A DNA stretch of 64,000 nt, from contig CAIPHK010000032.1 in the NCBI GenBank assembly GCA_903864835.1, positions 3,230 to 67,229 of the forward strand, written 5' to 3'. This document shows positions 1 to 10,327 of the stretch, piece after piece. The stretch's first letter is position 1; each line of letters opens with the position of its first letter. This DNA comes from an uncultured bacterium (lineage in GTDB: Bacteria > Margulisbacteria > Marinamargulisbacteria > SXXA01). A program made the position numbers and the translations under genes. The notes under the pieces were generated by a model. It worked only from the letters and a program-made list of their open reading frames with translations, had not been told where the DNA came from and made no database searches.

Positions 1-108
1 TGTAGCCACAAACCACCACATGTTGATACTGACGCATCAGAATATAATGATTTCGTTTTTGGCGGCGACCGGCGTATCCACGGTCATTAACTTTACGGGT
101 CAGAGATT

Positions 109-3100
109 GTGGGTATTTCGTCAGCCAAAGCTACCGGGGAGTCAATTATAAATTCGAAGCAAATCTTTGCCGCAATCGTGTGTTCAGCGGCATCTGCAAT
201 CTTTGTTCATACGTTAATTCAGTCGGGTGGTGGATCCGCGACGATTAGCCTCCGTGCCGTAGATGCGACGACCACCCCGATTAAGTCCTGCCAATTGCAA
301 TATTGGGGGCCAGTTATCGGCCAGGTTAAGTCGTCGGAGAGTAGAGAAATTCGATTACCTCGGATCCCTGAGGGGAATTATGAGTTTTTGATTCAAAGTC
401 CAGGGTTTCAAGGACGGCAATGGCGACAACGCGTCACTCAAAAAATGAATGACACAACGTTATTGGTTCGCCTAAACGTGGCAAAGCCCTCGGCCCCATT
501 TCGACCCGTTCGACTTCAAACTCCGCCCCATTCGACACTTCGACTCCTGTCTGAGGTTTCTCAAAAACGCTTAACACGGGTGAGAATTCGATGTTATCGG
601 ATGAATGCACCGATGAATCTTGCGGACCCCACGGTGTTGTCGTTACTTAAGAGTGTAGCGGAAGCCAGTCCGCGGCAAGAAACTCTGCCCTCCCCCCGAT
701 GGACCCTGGTTTGGGAAGACTATTTGACGGTGACTGGCGGGGTCCGGACTCTAGGGAATGGCGTGAACGCAAGGTCGTTTCGGATTCCAGGATTAGGGCA
801 ATATCCTGAATTAAGGTGTTCATTCTCGCATTCAGGCCTGTACACATTGGAAATAACGGCCGCTTCGGATAGTGGGTTATTTGATCCTATTCAATACCCG
901 GTACTAGTGAGTCCTTACCTCGTGTTTCAGGACAATAATAGGCATATCCATTGGCTGGATAGTGATAAAAATACCCCCGTAAATGGGACGGTATATGCGG
1001 CAACGGTGTTTGGCGAAGGATTGCAAATTCGCCGAATTGCCAATCTCAACCAATATAATCATTCACCGGTTTCAGTTCCTGGCGCTCGGTTTCTGATTCT
1101 TAGCAACGGGTCTAATGGGGTGACGATTATCCCTAATACTGAATTGCCTACCTACCCTACTCCTGGCGAATTGTGGATTTACGGCGATAGCGCGCAAACG
1201 CCGTCTCAATCGATATTGATGGTGCTGGCATCTGACCTAAAAAACCGCGTGCCGCAACTCGGTCGGTCCGAATCGATTCCTATACTCGATTTGAACCCAA
1301 TCGACAGCGCGGCTGAGATTCGGGTCGCACACGGCATTGGTACGATTGATATCGCTTGGATACCCCGATCCGAGATGGTCGTGATCAAACGTCAGGGATC
1401 CGCTCGTCGGTTGCACCGTCTTCCCGCAGTCAACGGGTCCGACCACTTTACACTACCTAATGAGGATAAGCCCCAGTCACTGCGCGGGCCTGTGTTTGGC
1501 TCAACGGACCTGCCAGACTACGCTGTAGGTGATTCGGTAAAGATAACGGTTTCCTCGGAAAAATCACAAACCGCTTTGATTGAATTTCCGGAGGGCTTAG
1601 GTGGGGGGGAGGTCTGGCTTAAACTTGGGAACGGACGTGAAACGTTAACTCGGAAGGTCAGTCGCAAATCGGGTGACGTAGCCTACGTAAAAATGACCAT
1701 GGGGGTCGGTACGCAGCTCAAGACGCATCTCATCCCGATCCATTTGCGATCTGACGGCGTCGTACCTACTGCCGAGTTTTCGGTTGATGTTGACGACCTC
1801 CGCCCGGGGGAAATGGCCCATCTCAAGATTAGATGTATTTCTACTCAGAACACGTTATTGGGGCGTCATTATGTAGTCGCCGCGGTTGCTCCTGTTGGCG
1901 CAAAGTTTACGCCGCCTCCCGTTGTTGAATGGGTTCGGCAGCAGGTCCTAAAGCGGTCATCCGTCGCGATTCGATGGCCAGCTCCCCTACTCGGAGCGGT
2001 TCAAACTCAGTTTGACCCAGATGGACCTGCTAATGTTGCGTTTCAAATTCCAAATACAACGGGCGAACTCGTACTACTTCTGATCTCCCAAATTGACGGA
2101 GTCGGTATCCAACAGACCATTCATCGTTTCCCGATTCGCCGACCGCTGGAAGTTCACGTTAGCTTGCCGACTAATGCACATCCCAACGATGTTATTAAAT
2201 GGTCGCCGTCGGTAAGAAATAATGAGAAACAACCGATATCAGGAACGTTAAAAACCTATTGGAACGATACCGCAATTTCCTCGCAATCGATTGTGGTTGC
2301 CCCGCAAGGGGTATGGTCGGAATATGGTGCTATTTCGATGCCCGCAACCGGGGAATCCGTAACCGGCGTGGTTAAAACTGTGTTCACGCCAGCGTCGGGT
2401 AATCCGGTGATTGTAAAGTCACTTTTGAAAATCACCCCGATTCATTTGCCCAAGATCATTAGAAGTTACGACATCCTTGCGGTTGATTCTGATACGCCGT
2501 CCACCGATATATCGGGTTGGTTGGGTGCGTCGCGGGAGCCGGTATGGATCACGGCGCACCCGGGTATTATCCGCCTTTTATTACTACAATCGATTCCAAT
2601 CGCCCCACTGTCGGACCTTGCGCTGGCGGCGTATCAAAAAATTGAAGCCGATCAATTATTATCTTCTGTTCGCAACGATGTCTGGGGCTCACTCATCGTC
2701 CGGGAACTACGGCGGCTTTCGACGGCCATGGACACACTGCGTACGCGTGGGATCGGGATCGAGGATTTGCCCCCTCAGCATGATAGACTTTTGACGGAGG
2801 CGTTAGTGGCGTTGAGCCAGATCAATAGCCAGGTACCCTCCGCTACAAGAGCGGGGGAGCTAGGGTACCTTTTAAGTAATATTTCACCGTCAGGGCATTT
2901 GTTCACTACTGGATTTGCATTAGGGGTCCTTTATCGGTGCCATTCAACGCAAACGCCCGAATTCTTCGAATCGATCGCGAATCAGTTTAGATCTCAGTTT
3001 GATAATCCCCTTTTTGTTCGGGGATTTCAGTTGGCCGAATCTCCCGTCACCGTGGGGCAGTCCAAAATAGAAGTGGCGGTTCCAACGGGAAATGGGTTGA

Positions 3101-3666
3101 CCGATTGGCTTCGAGGACCCATTGACGACCCTGTCGAAATGTTGGAAAGGGGTGCCATGATTTCTACATTGTTCAATTCGAAAGGGTTTCGGTATCAACT
3201 CATTGGCGATCGTAAGGTAATTCATGAGCAAGGCGTTAAGCTTGTGGGCGCAGTGACACTCCCCGAACGCCTCGAACACCCTCATTTGATGGCCAACAAC
3301 GGCCAACGATTTATTGTTTTTCGTAAGGCAATACACCCTCTTCAAGTTGAATCAAAAATGGCAAAATGGGAGGTGAGCTCGGAGGGGGTAACGCTCGTGA
3401 TCCCACTGCCTCAAAATAGTACTTCTAATGTGACGATCGCAATTCCGGTCACCACCGGATTAGCGATCAAAACCATACAGGGTGATAAACAAATCCTCCG
3501 GTCTATCTCCGATGCAGAATGGGTTTATGTGGCTATCCCTCGTGGCTCCCATTTTGTTCGGGTTACCTATGCGATCTTGTACAAGGGCTTTCGTCCCGCG
3601 TCGGTATCTTGGGTCCAAACACACCAAACCCGTCGCTACATTCGAATTCCAAAGGTGGAACTTTAA
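109..3666 (+). CDS. Large uncharacterised membrane-anchored or secreted protein (1185 aa), GTG start. It has an N-terminal TM or signal-anchor helix followed by a carboxypeptidase-regulatory-like beta-sandwich region.
   Basis: Long uninterrupted ORF. Hydrophobic N-terminus 'IFAAIVCSAASAIFVHTLI'. A segment 'ATISLRAVDA...YEFLIQSPGFQGRQ' resembles the CarboxypepD_reg fold pattern. No recognisable catalytic motif. Confidence 0.55.
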   Translation: MGISSAKATGESIINSKQIFAAIVCSAASAIFVHTLIQSGGGSATISLRAVDATTTPIKSCQLQYWGPVIGQVKSSESREIRLPRIPEGNYEFLIQSPGFQGRQWRQRVTQKMNDTTLLVRLNVAKPSAPFRPVRLQTPPHSTLRLLSEVSQKRLTRVRIRCYRMNAPMNLADPTVLSLLKSVAEASPRQETLPSPRWTLVWEDYLTVTGGVRTLGNGVNARSFRIPGLGQYPELRCSFSHSGLYTLEITAASDSGLFDPIQYPVLVSPYLVFQDNNRHIHWLDSDKNTPVNGTVYAATVFGEGLQIRRIANLNQYNHSPVSVPGARFLILSNGSNGVTIIPNTELPTYPTPGELWIYGDSAQTPSQSILMVLASDLKNRVPQLGRSESIPILDLNPIDSAAEIRVAHGIGTIDIAWIPRSEMVVIKRQGSARRLHRLPAVNGSDHFTLPNEDKPQSLRGPVFGSTDLPDYAVGDSVKITVSSEKSQTALIEFPEGLGGGEVWLKLGNGRETLTRKVSRKSGDVAYVKMTMGVGTQLKTHLIPIHLRSDGVVPTAEFSVDVDDLRPGEMAHLKIRCISTQNTLLGRHYVVAAVAPVGAKFTPPPVVEWVRQQVLKRSSVAIRWPAPLLGAVQTQFDPDGPANVAFQIPNTTGELVLLLISQIDGVGIQQTIHRFPIRRPLEVHVSLPTNAHPNDVIKWSPSVRNNEKQPISGTLKTYWNDTAISSQSIVVAPQGVWSEYGAISMPATGESVTGVVKTVFTPASGNPVIVKSLLKITPIHLPKIIRSYDILAVDSDTPSTDISGWLGASREPVWITAHPGIIRLLLLQSIPIAPLSDLALAAYQKIEADQLLSSVRNDVWGSLIVRELRRLSTAMDTLRTRGIGIEDLPPQHDRLLTEALVALSQINSQVPSATRAGELGYLLSNISPSGHLFTTGFALGVLYRCHSTQTPEFFESIANQFRSQFDNPLFVRGFQLAESPVTVGQSKIEVAVPTGNGLTDWLRGPIDDPVEMLERGAMISTLFNSKGFRYQLIGDRKVIHEQGVKLVGAVTLPERLEHPHLMANNGQRFIVFRKAIHPLQVESKMAKWEVSSEGVTLVIPLPQNSTSNVTIAIPVTTGLAIKTIQGDKQILRSISDAEWVYVAIPRGSHFVRVTYAILYKGFRPASVSWVQTHQTRRYIRIPKVEL

Positions 3667-3667
3667 A

Positions 3668-4951
3668 ATGGAAACTATCGAGTCGGTCTGGGTTAATTTT
3701 TGGAACTGTTATGGAATATCAACCGGGGCGGGGCCATTGGTTGGGCTTATCAATTCAGTGGATGACCGCCGCCCTACTGCCGTAGTTGCGATTACTGAGA
3801 AATCATTTTTGTGGATTGCAGACTTAAGGGTGAAGCCGATTGCAAAAGTGATTTCATTTGATGAGGAACATAACGTTTTTCTAATTGGAAACAAGCCGGT
3901 TTCAATTGCAGACCTACCGGCGCTGTTTGAGAAACTATTGTCTCTCATAACGGACTATCGTGTGGGTTGGCTGCGATTGGTTCCTCGGTCCAAAACAAGA
4001 AATTCTTTAGGTCGCAATCTTTACTGGGATAAAATCGCAGACAGTTTAGCGGAAAAAATCCATTTCCTAGGCGCGGCGGAAATCACCTCAATCGGGACGC
4101 CTCAACATCTGATATTGAACGGGATGTTGAATGGGCTGTCGCGATTGCGACGATGCGCGGTATTTTTATCCACTTCGGATTTAACCTTACCCTGGGCGTC
4201 GATGATGGAAGAAAAGTCCCCGTTGGACGACGCTCTTTCTAACGGATTTTTGGCGCATATTTTTACTAAAACCACAGAAGAAATTTTGAGCACCGGGGTC
4301 GTTGAAGTGGCCGGGAAACGTCTTCCCGTCGAGGTTGTATACGATTTGTATTGTGAATTTACCCAAGACTCGGTTATTAAGCGGGTATTTGGAAAGTTGG
4401 ATGCCCGATGGTTCGGTGTGGCAACATCCAATAATGACGAGGACCGACAATTTTTTTGGCTGACAGCAGGTATCTCATTTGATCAGTTTGTAACGATCCT
4501 TATCACGACCGTGGATACCCTCATCGCGGATCTCTCGATTTTGCATATGACGATCATTAAGGACAGGGTCTACGCGATACCCGTCGGATTTCTTCCGATT
4601 ACGTCCGACGCATCAAAGGCCCAATTTCTTTCCGGATTGGTTACCGTCGCTCAGAAAGTTGCAACTCTTCAAGGATTTATAGAATGGAATTGCGAACTAT
4701 TCCCAGAAATCAAGACCGCAAAGCAACTTTTATCCAACACGGCAACCCGAATCGACACTATTATTCGAACGCTGCAGACCTCTGAAAAGCCCTCAGATAC
4801 GTTGGCGGGACAAATAGAATCCACCCGGGCCAGGATTCAGTTTTCCATTCACTTGATGTCTGAAAAGATTTCAGTAATCCATTCTCAAGACGTTTTAAAT
4901 AAACTTTCGGGGATCGTTGCAGACGTCGAGATGGTATTGAGCCAAGGTTAA
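3668..4951 (+). CDS. Uncharacterised 427-aa protein, translationally coupled to the upstream large ORF (TAAAATG junction).
   Basis: An ATG at 3668 lies 1 nt after the TAA of the upstream gene. The 3482 start in the ORF track lies inside the upstream gene in another frame and is unlikely. No known motifs. Confidence 0.5.
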   Translation: METIESVWVNFWNCYGISTGAGPLVGLINSVDDRRPTAVVAITEKSFLWIADLRVKPIAKVISFDEEHNVFLIGNKPVSIADLPALFEKLLSLITDYRVGWLRLVPRSKTRNSLGRNLYWDKIADSLAEKIHFLGAAEITSIGTPQHLILNGMLNGLSRLRRCAVFLSTSDLTLPWASMMEEKSPLDDALSNGFLAHIFTKTTEEILSTGVVEVAGKRLPVEVVYDLYCEFTQDSVIKRVFGKLDARWFGVATSNNDEDRQFFWLTAGISFDQFVTILITTVDTLIADLSILHMTIIKDRVYAIPVGFLPITSDASKAQFLSGLVTVAQKVATLQGFIEWNCELFPEIKTAKQLLSNTATRIDTIIRTLQTSEKPSDTLAGQIESTRARIQFSIHLMSEKISVIHSQDVLNKLSGIVADVEMVLSQG

Positions 4952-4984
4952 AAAAACGCGTCGTCAACGCATATCTGTTCCTTT

Positions 4985-5013
4985 TTGCCGCAGGTCTTAT
5001 AAAAAGCTATAAT
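4985..5013 (+). promoter_or_regulatory. Putative sigma70-type promoter for pckA, TTGCCG-N17-TATAAT.
   Basis: The -35-like TTGCCG (4985-4990) is separated by 17 nt from TATAAT (5008-5013). An AGGAG RBS sits 7 nt before the ATG at 5048. Confidence 0.4.
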
Positions 5014-5047
5014 GCCACGCAACAATCTTGTCCTAAGGAGCCTTTGA

Positions 5048-6670
5048 ATGCCAACCGAAACGCAATCAACAGTCAATATCTCAGACTTGGGGATACATAA
5101 TATATCAGCGATTCATTATAACCCGTCCTATGAGACCTTATTCACCCATGAAACCGATCCCCGTCTCGGTGGATACGAACGAGGCCAGTTAACTGAACTG
5201 GATACCATCAATGTGAGTACCGGTCGATTTACCGGACGATCCCCTAAAGATAAATATATCGTTCGCGATAACGATACAGAAAATTCGGTATGGTGGGATA
5301 ATGACGGATCCGACAACAAGCCGCTTACCCAATCGGCATGGGCAGAATTGCGTCAGATTTCTGTAGAGCAATTAAGCAACAAAGAACTGTATGTTGTTGA
5401 TGGATTTTGTGGTGCCAACCCAAGTACCCGTTTATCGGTACGTCTGGTCACCGAAGTTGCATGGCAAGCCCACTTTTTTAAAAATATGTTTATTCGACCT
5501 ACTGCTGAGGAAACGACTCAATTCAAGCCGGATTGGACGATTTTAAATAGCTGCAAAGCAACCGCAAAAAATTTCAAGGAGTTGGGTTTGCGAGCGGATA
5601 CATTTGTTGCGTTTAATATCACCGAAAGAGTGACCCTAATCGGTGGGACTTGGTACGGCGGCGAAATGAAAAAGGGCATTTTCTCTATCATGAATTACTT
5701 TTTACCGTTGAAAGGGATTGGGTCGTTCCACTGTTCTGCAAACCAAGGACAAAATGGCGATACCGCATTGTTTTTTGGATTGTCGGGTACAGGAAAAACA
5801 ACATTATCCACTGATCCGAAGCGGAAATTGATCGGCGATGATGAGCACGGATGGGATGACGCCGGAATTTTTAATTTTGAAGGCGGATGTTACGCAAAGA
5901 CTATAGATCTGACCGCGGAGAAAGAGCCGGATATTTTTGGTGCCATTCGACGCAACGCACTTTTAGAGAACCTTGACGTAAACGAAAAAGGGAAGATCGA
6001 TTTTGCATCGTCACGGTATACCGAAAACACTCGTGTCTCGTATCCGATTGACCACATTCACAATATCGTAAAGCCAATATCTCAAGGCACGCATCCCAAA
6101 AAGATAATATTTTTGACGTGTGATGCATACGGAGTATTGCCGCCGGTATCTAAATTGACCAACGAGCAGGCGATGTACCAATACCTGAGTGGGTACACTG
6201 CAAAGGTTGCAGGTACAGAGTTAGGGGTTACTGAACCCACCGCAACATTCTCTGCTTGTTTTGGACGGGCATTTTTGTTGGTTCACCCCACTATGTACGC
6301 GGAAATTTTGGGGAAAAAGATGGAGGAACACGGGTCTACGGCGTATCTTGTAAACACAGGTTGGAATGGCGGTGGCTATGGCGTCGGTAAGCGCATCAGC
6401 CTGAAGGCTACACGAGCGATTATTGACTCTATTTTAGATGGCTCTATTGAAAAAGCTGAATTTGATTCCTTCGATGTATTTAATTTCAAAATTCCTAAGT
6501 CACTGCCGGGTGTTGATTCAGAACTATTGAATCCCACCGCAACTTGGGCAGATAAAGCCGAGTATAAGGCGACCATTGATAAACTTGCCCTGCAATTTGT
6601 TGAGAATTTTAAGAAGTTCACAACGACGTCGGTTGGTAAATCAGTCGAAGCTATCGGGCCTAAATCGTAG
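5048..6670 (+). CDS. pckA: Phosphoenolpyruvate carboxykinase (ATP).
   Basis: Kinase-1a P-loop '[11 protein letters not shown]' plus '[10 protein letters not shown]' and '[10 protein letters not shown]', all characteristic of ATP-dependent PEPCK. 540 aa. Confidence 0.9.
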   Translation: MPTETQSTVNISDLGIHNISAIHYNPSYETLFTHETDPRLGGYERGQLTELDTINVSTGRFTGRSPKDKYIVRDNDTENSVWWDNDGSDNKPLTQSAWAELRQISVEQLSNKELYVVDGFCGANPSTRLSVRLVTEVAWQAHFFKNMFIRPTAEETTQFKPDWTILNSCKATAKNFKELGLRADTFVAFNITERVTLIGGTWYGGEMKKGIFSIMNYFLPLKGIGSFHCSANQGQNGDTALFFGLSGTGKTTLSTDPKRKLIGDDEHGWDDAGIFNFEGGCYAKTIDLTAEKEPDIFGAIRRNALLENLDVNEKGKIDFASSRYTENTRVSYPIDHIHNIVKPISQGTHPKKIIFLTCDAYGVLPPVSKLTNEQAMYQYLSGYTAKVAGTELGVTEPTATFSACFGRAFLLVHPTMYAEILGKKMEEHGSTAYLVNTGWNGGGYGVGKRISLKATRAIIDSILDGSIEKAEFDSFDVFNFKIPKSLPGVDSELLNPTATWADKAEYKATIDKLALQFVENFKKFTTTSVGKSVEAIGPKS

Positions 6671-6678
6671 GCCAGGCC

Positions 6679-6710
6679 ATTTTCAGTGGGGCGGATGCCC
6701 CACTGAAAAT
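6679..6710. terminator. Perfect 14-bp stem with 4-nt loop immediately after the pckA stop. Candidate terminator or RNA stability element, but it lacks a T-tract.
   Basis: ATTTTCAGTGGGGC-GGAT-GCCCCACTGAAAAT, read directly from the sequence. Confidence 0.35.
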
Positions 6711-6758
6711 CCTGTCAGAAAATGGAACCATTCCCCGGTTCCAAAGGTCTAAACTACT

Positions 6759-8150
6759 ATGAATATTACCAAACGTACCTCCAAATTGTGGTTTTCTCTT
6801 TCATTGCCTGTATATCTGCTTCTTTTCTATGGGTCTCCTGCCTTTGCCGTCGGCTATGTGGATGTAGGATTTGATGCCGGTGCCTTTTGGGTAACGGACC
6901 CTGCCTTTAGCGACGCATTTGGAAAAGACGTCCTCTTTTCAGGGAAACTAGGGTTCGTCGACACCGAAAACAACTGGGAAGTGTTGGGTAAAATTGGGCA
7001 CTACCAAGCCACATCACAAGCCAATAAGTACGTTGGTAAAAACTTTAGGGTGAATATTACTCCGATTACTGCCAGTCTTGTTTATCATTTTGGAGATCGG
7101 GACGGGGTAATTCAGCCGTATTTGGGAATTGGGGGAGACGCCTATTTTTACGGAATTCAAGATGATATCTACGGCGTTCTTGATACTGGGTCACGGTTTG
7201 GCGCGCATTACCTGGCAGGGCTTCGGTTCAACCTTACGCCGAGAGCGGCGATCACCGTCGAATATACGCAGACATATTCGCCAAAGTCGGTATTTTTTGA
7301 TTCGTCTGTCAACTTTAATTCACAAGCCATTACCGTCGGGCTCAGTTTTAATCTCCAGCCTATTTTAACAAAAAATAGAACTGAATTTGGACACGAAGGG
7401 CGATATCAGGATTCCCTTTTAGACGAAATTAACTCGGTACAATCTGAAATAAAAAAGATGAAAGATAACCGGGATAAAATCGAAAGAAAAATAGATTCCT
7501 TTTATGAAAGTGACGAGTTGGAAACCAGTCTCGGAATTAGATCGGCTTTGGCACAAAAGGCCCCGTTAGTGGGTGTCGGAATTAGAGTAATTGATCCTGT
7601 TACGGGAGCACTTCTTGCGGCGGGAGTAATTTCGACGATCGAATCGACAGATACAAAGACACATATAACTCTTAAAAATACAGATGGCTGGACGCTTTCT
7701 CTCGATATTGAAAGTAAAACAGTGGCCATCGGCGACAAGTTAAATATCGGATTTGATGCCCAAAATATTAATTCATCAATTACGGTTTTAACCGCAAGAG
7801 ACGAAAAAGAGTTTGCCCGACAGCTGCGGGCTGTTCAATATTTGCAGGGCAAGTTAAAGATCATTGATGAAAAAATTGCGAAAGCAGAAACCTATGTTTC
7901 TGGACTGCGAGATAAATGGAATCAGAAGCCGAATGAGCCTGTTACCGTTATTGTTGAGCAGGATCCGGTCTTCTATCCTCGGCGGCGTTCCTACGGTTAT
8001 GGTCCGCGTCCTTATTCGTTTGAATATGTAGATTACCATTACACGGCCCCCGTTATGACGACGCCCGTACCCCCAGTTTCGATTGAAGAAAGAGAAGCTT
8101 ATTTCAAAAAGAAGCAGGACTATATTCGGGCGTTAAAAGCAGGAAAATAG
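6759..8150 (+). CDS. Outer-membrane beta-barrel-like protein with a coiled-coil middle and a Pro/Tyr/Arg-rich C-terminal tail.
   Basis: Signal peptide 'LSLPVYLLLFYGSPAFA'. The N-terminal ~200 aa show the alternating hydrophobic pattern of an OMP beta-barrel. Residues ~210-260 and 340-380 are charged heptad-like segments. The C-terminus reads 'RRRSYGYGPRPYSFEYVDYHYTAP'. Confidence 0.55.
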   Translation: MNITKRTSKLWFSLSLPVYLLLFYGSPAFAVGYVDVGFDAGAFWVTDPAFSDAFGKDVLFSGKLGFVDTENNWEVLGKIGHYQATSQANKYVGKNFRVNITPITASLVYHFGDRDGVIQPYLGIGGDAYFYGIQDDIYGVLDTGSRFGAHYLAGLRFNLTPRAAITVEYTQTYSPKSVFFDSSVNFNSQAITVGLSFNLQPILTKNRTEFGHEGRYQDSLLDEINSVQSEIKKMKDNRDKIERKIDSFYESDELETSLGIRSALAQKAPLVGVGIRVIDPVTGALLAAGVISTIESTDTKTHITLKNTDGWTLSLDIESKTVAIGDKLNIGFDAQNINSSITVLTARDEKEFARQLRAVQYLQGKLKIIDEKIAKAETYVSGLRDKWNQKPNEPVTVIVEQDPVFYPRRRSYGYGPRPYSFEYVDYHYTAPVMTTPVPPVSIEEREAYFKKKQDYIRALKAGK

Positions 8151-8152
8151 CC

Positions 8153-10327
8153 TTAGAAAAAATATTTTTTTCGATGGGGATCGGGTGCGGGGGCATCGTC
8201 CCCATCCCATTCGGGGCGAGGTAGTGGCGGTACCGACGACACTGTTTGCCGATGCCGAATCCCGAACTTTTCCGGTTTCTCATCCTTAAGAACCCATTTT
8301 TCTGCTAAGTCATCGAGTAACTGGTAGTCGTCTAAAAAACGGGATAACTTGCTAAATGTAATTCCGGGAAATCGGTGAAAATTCCCAGCGGCAGCATCCA
8401 AGTTGGGCTTAATTATAAACAGATGATCCTTTGCCCGGGTCAATGCGACGTAGAGAAGGCGGCGCTCCTCTTCAAGTTGTGCAAGGTCTCCCAAGGATTG
8501 AAACGAGGGAAGGTACCCGTCGACCACGGAAATAAGGAAGACTGCTTTCCATTCCAGGCCCTTTGCCGAATGGATCGTCGACAACGTTATTCGTTCATCC
8601 TCATAATCGGAGGCGGTTGCGTCGATTTGGGTTTGATCGGGTGGCTCTAAACTGATCTCTGACAGGAAACGATCCAACGATGGGTATCTTGCCGCGATGT
8701 TTTTAAGCGAATCCAGATCTGTAATTCGCTTTGAATAGTCATCATATTTGAGGCGAAACATGGGAAGGTAATGCGTCAATGCGAGGTCCAATAGTTGACT
8801 CGGAGTTTCAGAGTCCGTCCGTAAGACAAGGCTGATCAATCTTTGGAGATCATGGGAATATTTTTTGCCAATAAATGGGGAAGGCATGGTTGCCTGCCGC
8901 CGTAATCCCGGCACTATTTTTAGAAACTGCCCGATGGTCTTTGCACCAACGCCGTCGACCAATTGAAGGACTCGACTCCAACTCACAATATCGGCGGGGT
9001 TTTGAATTAGACGTAAATAGGATAACAGATCTTTGACATGGGCGGTCTCAACAAATTTAAAACCACCGAACTTCTGGAATGGAATATTTCGGGATTGAAG
9101 TTCAACTTCTAGATCGTTTGAATGCCAGCCAGACCGAAATAAGACAGCCATTTCGTTTAGCGGAATCCCGGTTTCTCGGAGTTCTAAAATTTTTTGGGCA
9201 ATAAAACGGCTTTGGGTATTTTCATCAGCGGCATCGATATAAACAGGAAGCTCCCCATCTGGCCGGTGGGTAAAGAGGGTCTTGGAGTATTTTTCTCTGG
9301 CTTTTTCAATGAGTGCGTTCGTCAGATTTAAAATGGGTTGGGAACTTCGATAGTTTTGTTCCAGCTTAATGACTTTGGTTCCGTCGAAAAATGTGGGAAA
9401 TTCAATGATGTTTTTGAAGCTTGCGCCGCGAAACGAATAAATACTTTGGGAATCATCCCCCACTACCATGATGTTTTTCTGGGGGTTGGTAAGTAACTTA
9501 ATCACGTCGGATTGCAATGAATTGGTGTCCTGATATTCATCTACCATGATGTAGCGGTAGGTGGCCTGTAGTTCACCCCGAATGTCAGCATGGTCTATTA
9601 AAAGCTGCCGGAGTTTCACCAAGAGATCATCATAATCCATGACTTGGATTTCTGATTTCCGGGACTGGTACGCTGCGTTGATGGCGACGAGGCTCTCTTC
9701 GTAATCTATAAACTGGGGGTAGTCGCTGGTGATAACACGGCCAATGGACCGCCCCGTATTCACCGACATGCTAATAATTGATCCAATTGTGGATTTTTTC
9801 GGGAACCGTTTATCGGTTTTGATGTCCCCTCCTTCGGCCCGAATCAGCCCCAGGAGTTCATCGGCATCCGATCGATCCAAAATGGTGAAACCCGGCCCAT
9901 ACCCAATCGCCGATCCGTAATGGCGCAAGACGACGTTTGCGAAACTATGAAATGTCCCCCCAGACACCTGTTCACACCGATGGTCCAGGACCTGAGTGGC
10001 GCGACGTAACATTTCCTGGGCCGACTTTTTCGTAAATGTGAGTAATAGAATCGCTTCGGGCGAGACGCCTTGATTCACTAAATGAGCCAATCGGTACACC
10101 AACGTTTTGGTTTTTCCAGACCCTGCGCCTGCAATCACTAGTACGGGGCCCTCTGTTGTCATCACGGCCTCCCGTTGGGCGGGATTAAGTTCCTCCAAGT
10201 CCAACGGGACCGACCGGATGACAGCCGATTGGTATGGCTTAAGCGTGTATTCTTTCATTCTTAAACTGTTGGACGAGTTGAACGACCCGCTGCACTTGAT
10301 CTGGATTGACGTCTGGTAAAATGCCAT
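8153..10327 (-). CDS. uvrD: UvrD/PcrA/Rep-family ATP-dependent DNA helicase.
   Basis: Walker A 'AGAGSGKTKTL' with UvrD-like helicase motifs throughout. An alternative ATG at 10258 (MKEYTLKP) would shorten the overlap with hemE. Confidence 0.85.
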   Translation of the reverse strand: MAFYQTSIQIKCSGSFNSSNSLRMKEYTLKPYQSAVIRSVPLDLEELNPAQREAVMTTEGPVLVIAGAGSGKTKTLVYRLAHLVNQGVSPEAILLLTFTKKSAQEMLRRATQVLDHRCEQVSGGTFHSFANVVLRHYGSAIGYGPGFTILDRSDADELLGLIRAEGGDIKTDKRFPKKSTIGSIISMSVNTGRSIGRVITSDYPQFIDYEESLVAINAAYQSRKSEIQVMDYDDLLVKLRQLLIDHADIRGELQATYRYIMVDEYQDTNSLQSDVIKLLTNPQKNIMVVGDDSQSIYSFRGASFKNIIEFPTFFDGTKVIKLEQNYRSSQPILNLTNALIEKAREKYSKTLFTHRPDGELPVYIDAADENTQSRFIAQKILELRETGIPLNEMAVLFRSGWHSNDLEVELQSRNIPFQKFGGFKFVETAHVKDLLSYLRLIQNPADIVSWSRVLQLVDGVGAKTIGQFLKIVPGLRRQATMPSPFIGKKYSHDLQRLISLVLRTDSETPSQLLDLALTHYLPMFRLKYDDYSKRITDLDSLKNIAARYPSLDRFLSEISLEPPDQTQIDATASDYEDERITLSTIHSAKGLEWKAVFLISVVDGYLPSFQSLGDLAQLEEERRLLYVALTRAKDHLFIIKPNLDAAAGNFHRFPGITFSKLSRFLDDYQLLDDLAEKWVLKDEKPEKFGIRHRQTVSSVPPLPRPEWDGDDAPAPDPHRKKYFF

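Noticed and set aside
1-37. A possible minus-strand gene start (MRQYQHVVVCGY...) exiting the window at position 1.
   Set aside because: Only about 12 codons are visible, so the feature cannot be supported.
3482-3667. The upstream part of the ORF-track entry 3482-4951.
   Set aside because: It lies inside the 109-3666 gene in another frame. An ATG at 3668 immediately after the upstream stop gives a tidy coupled start.
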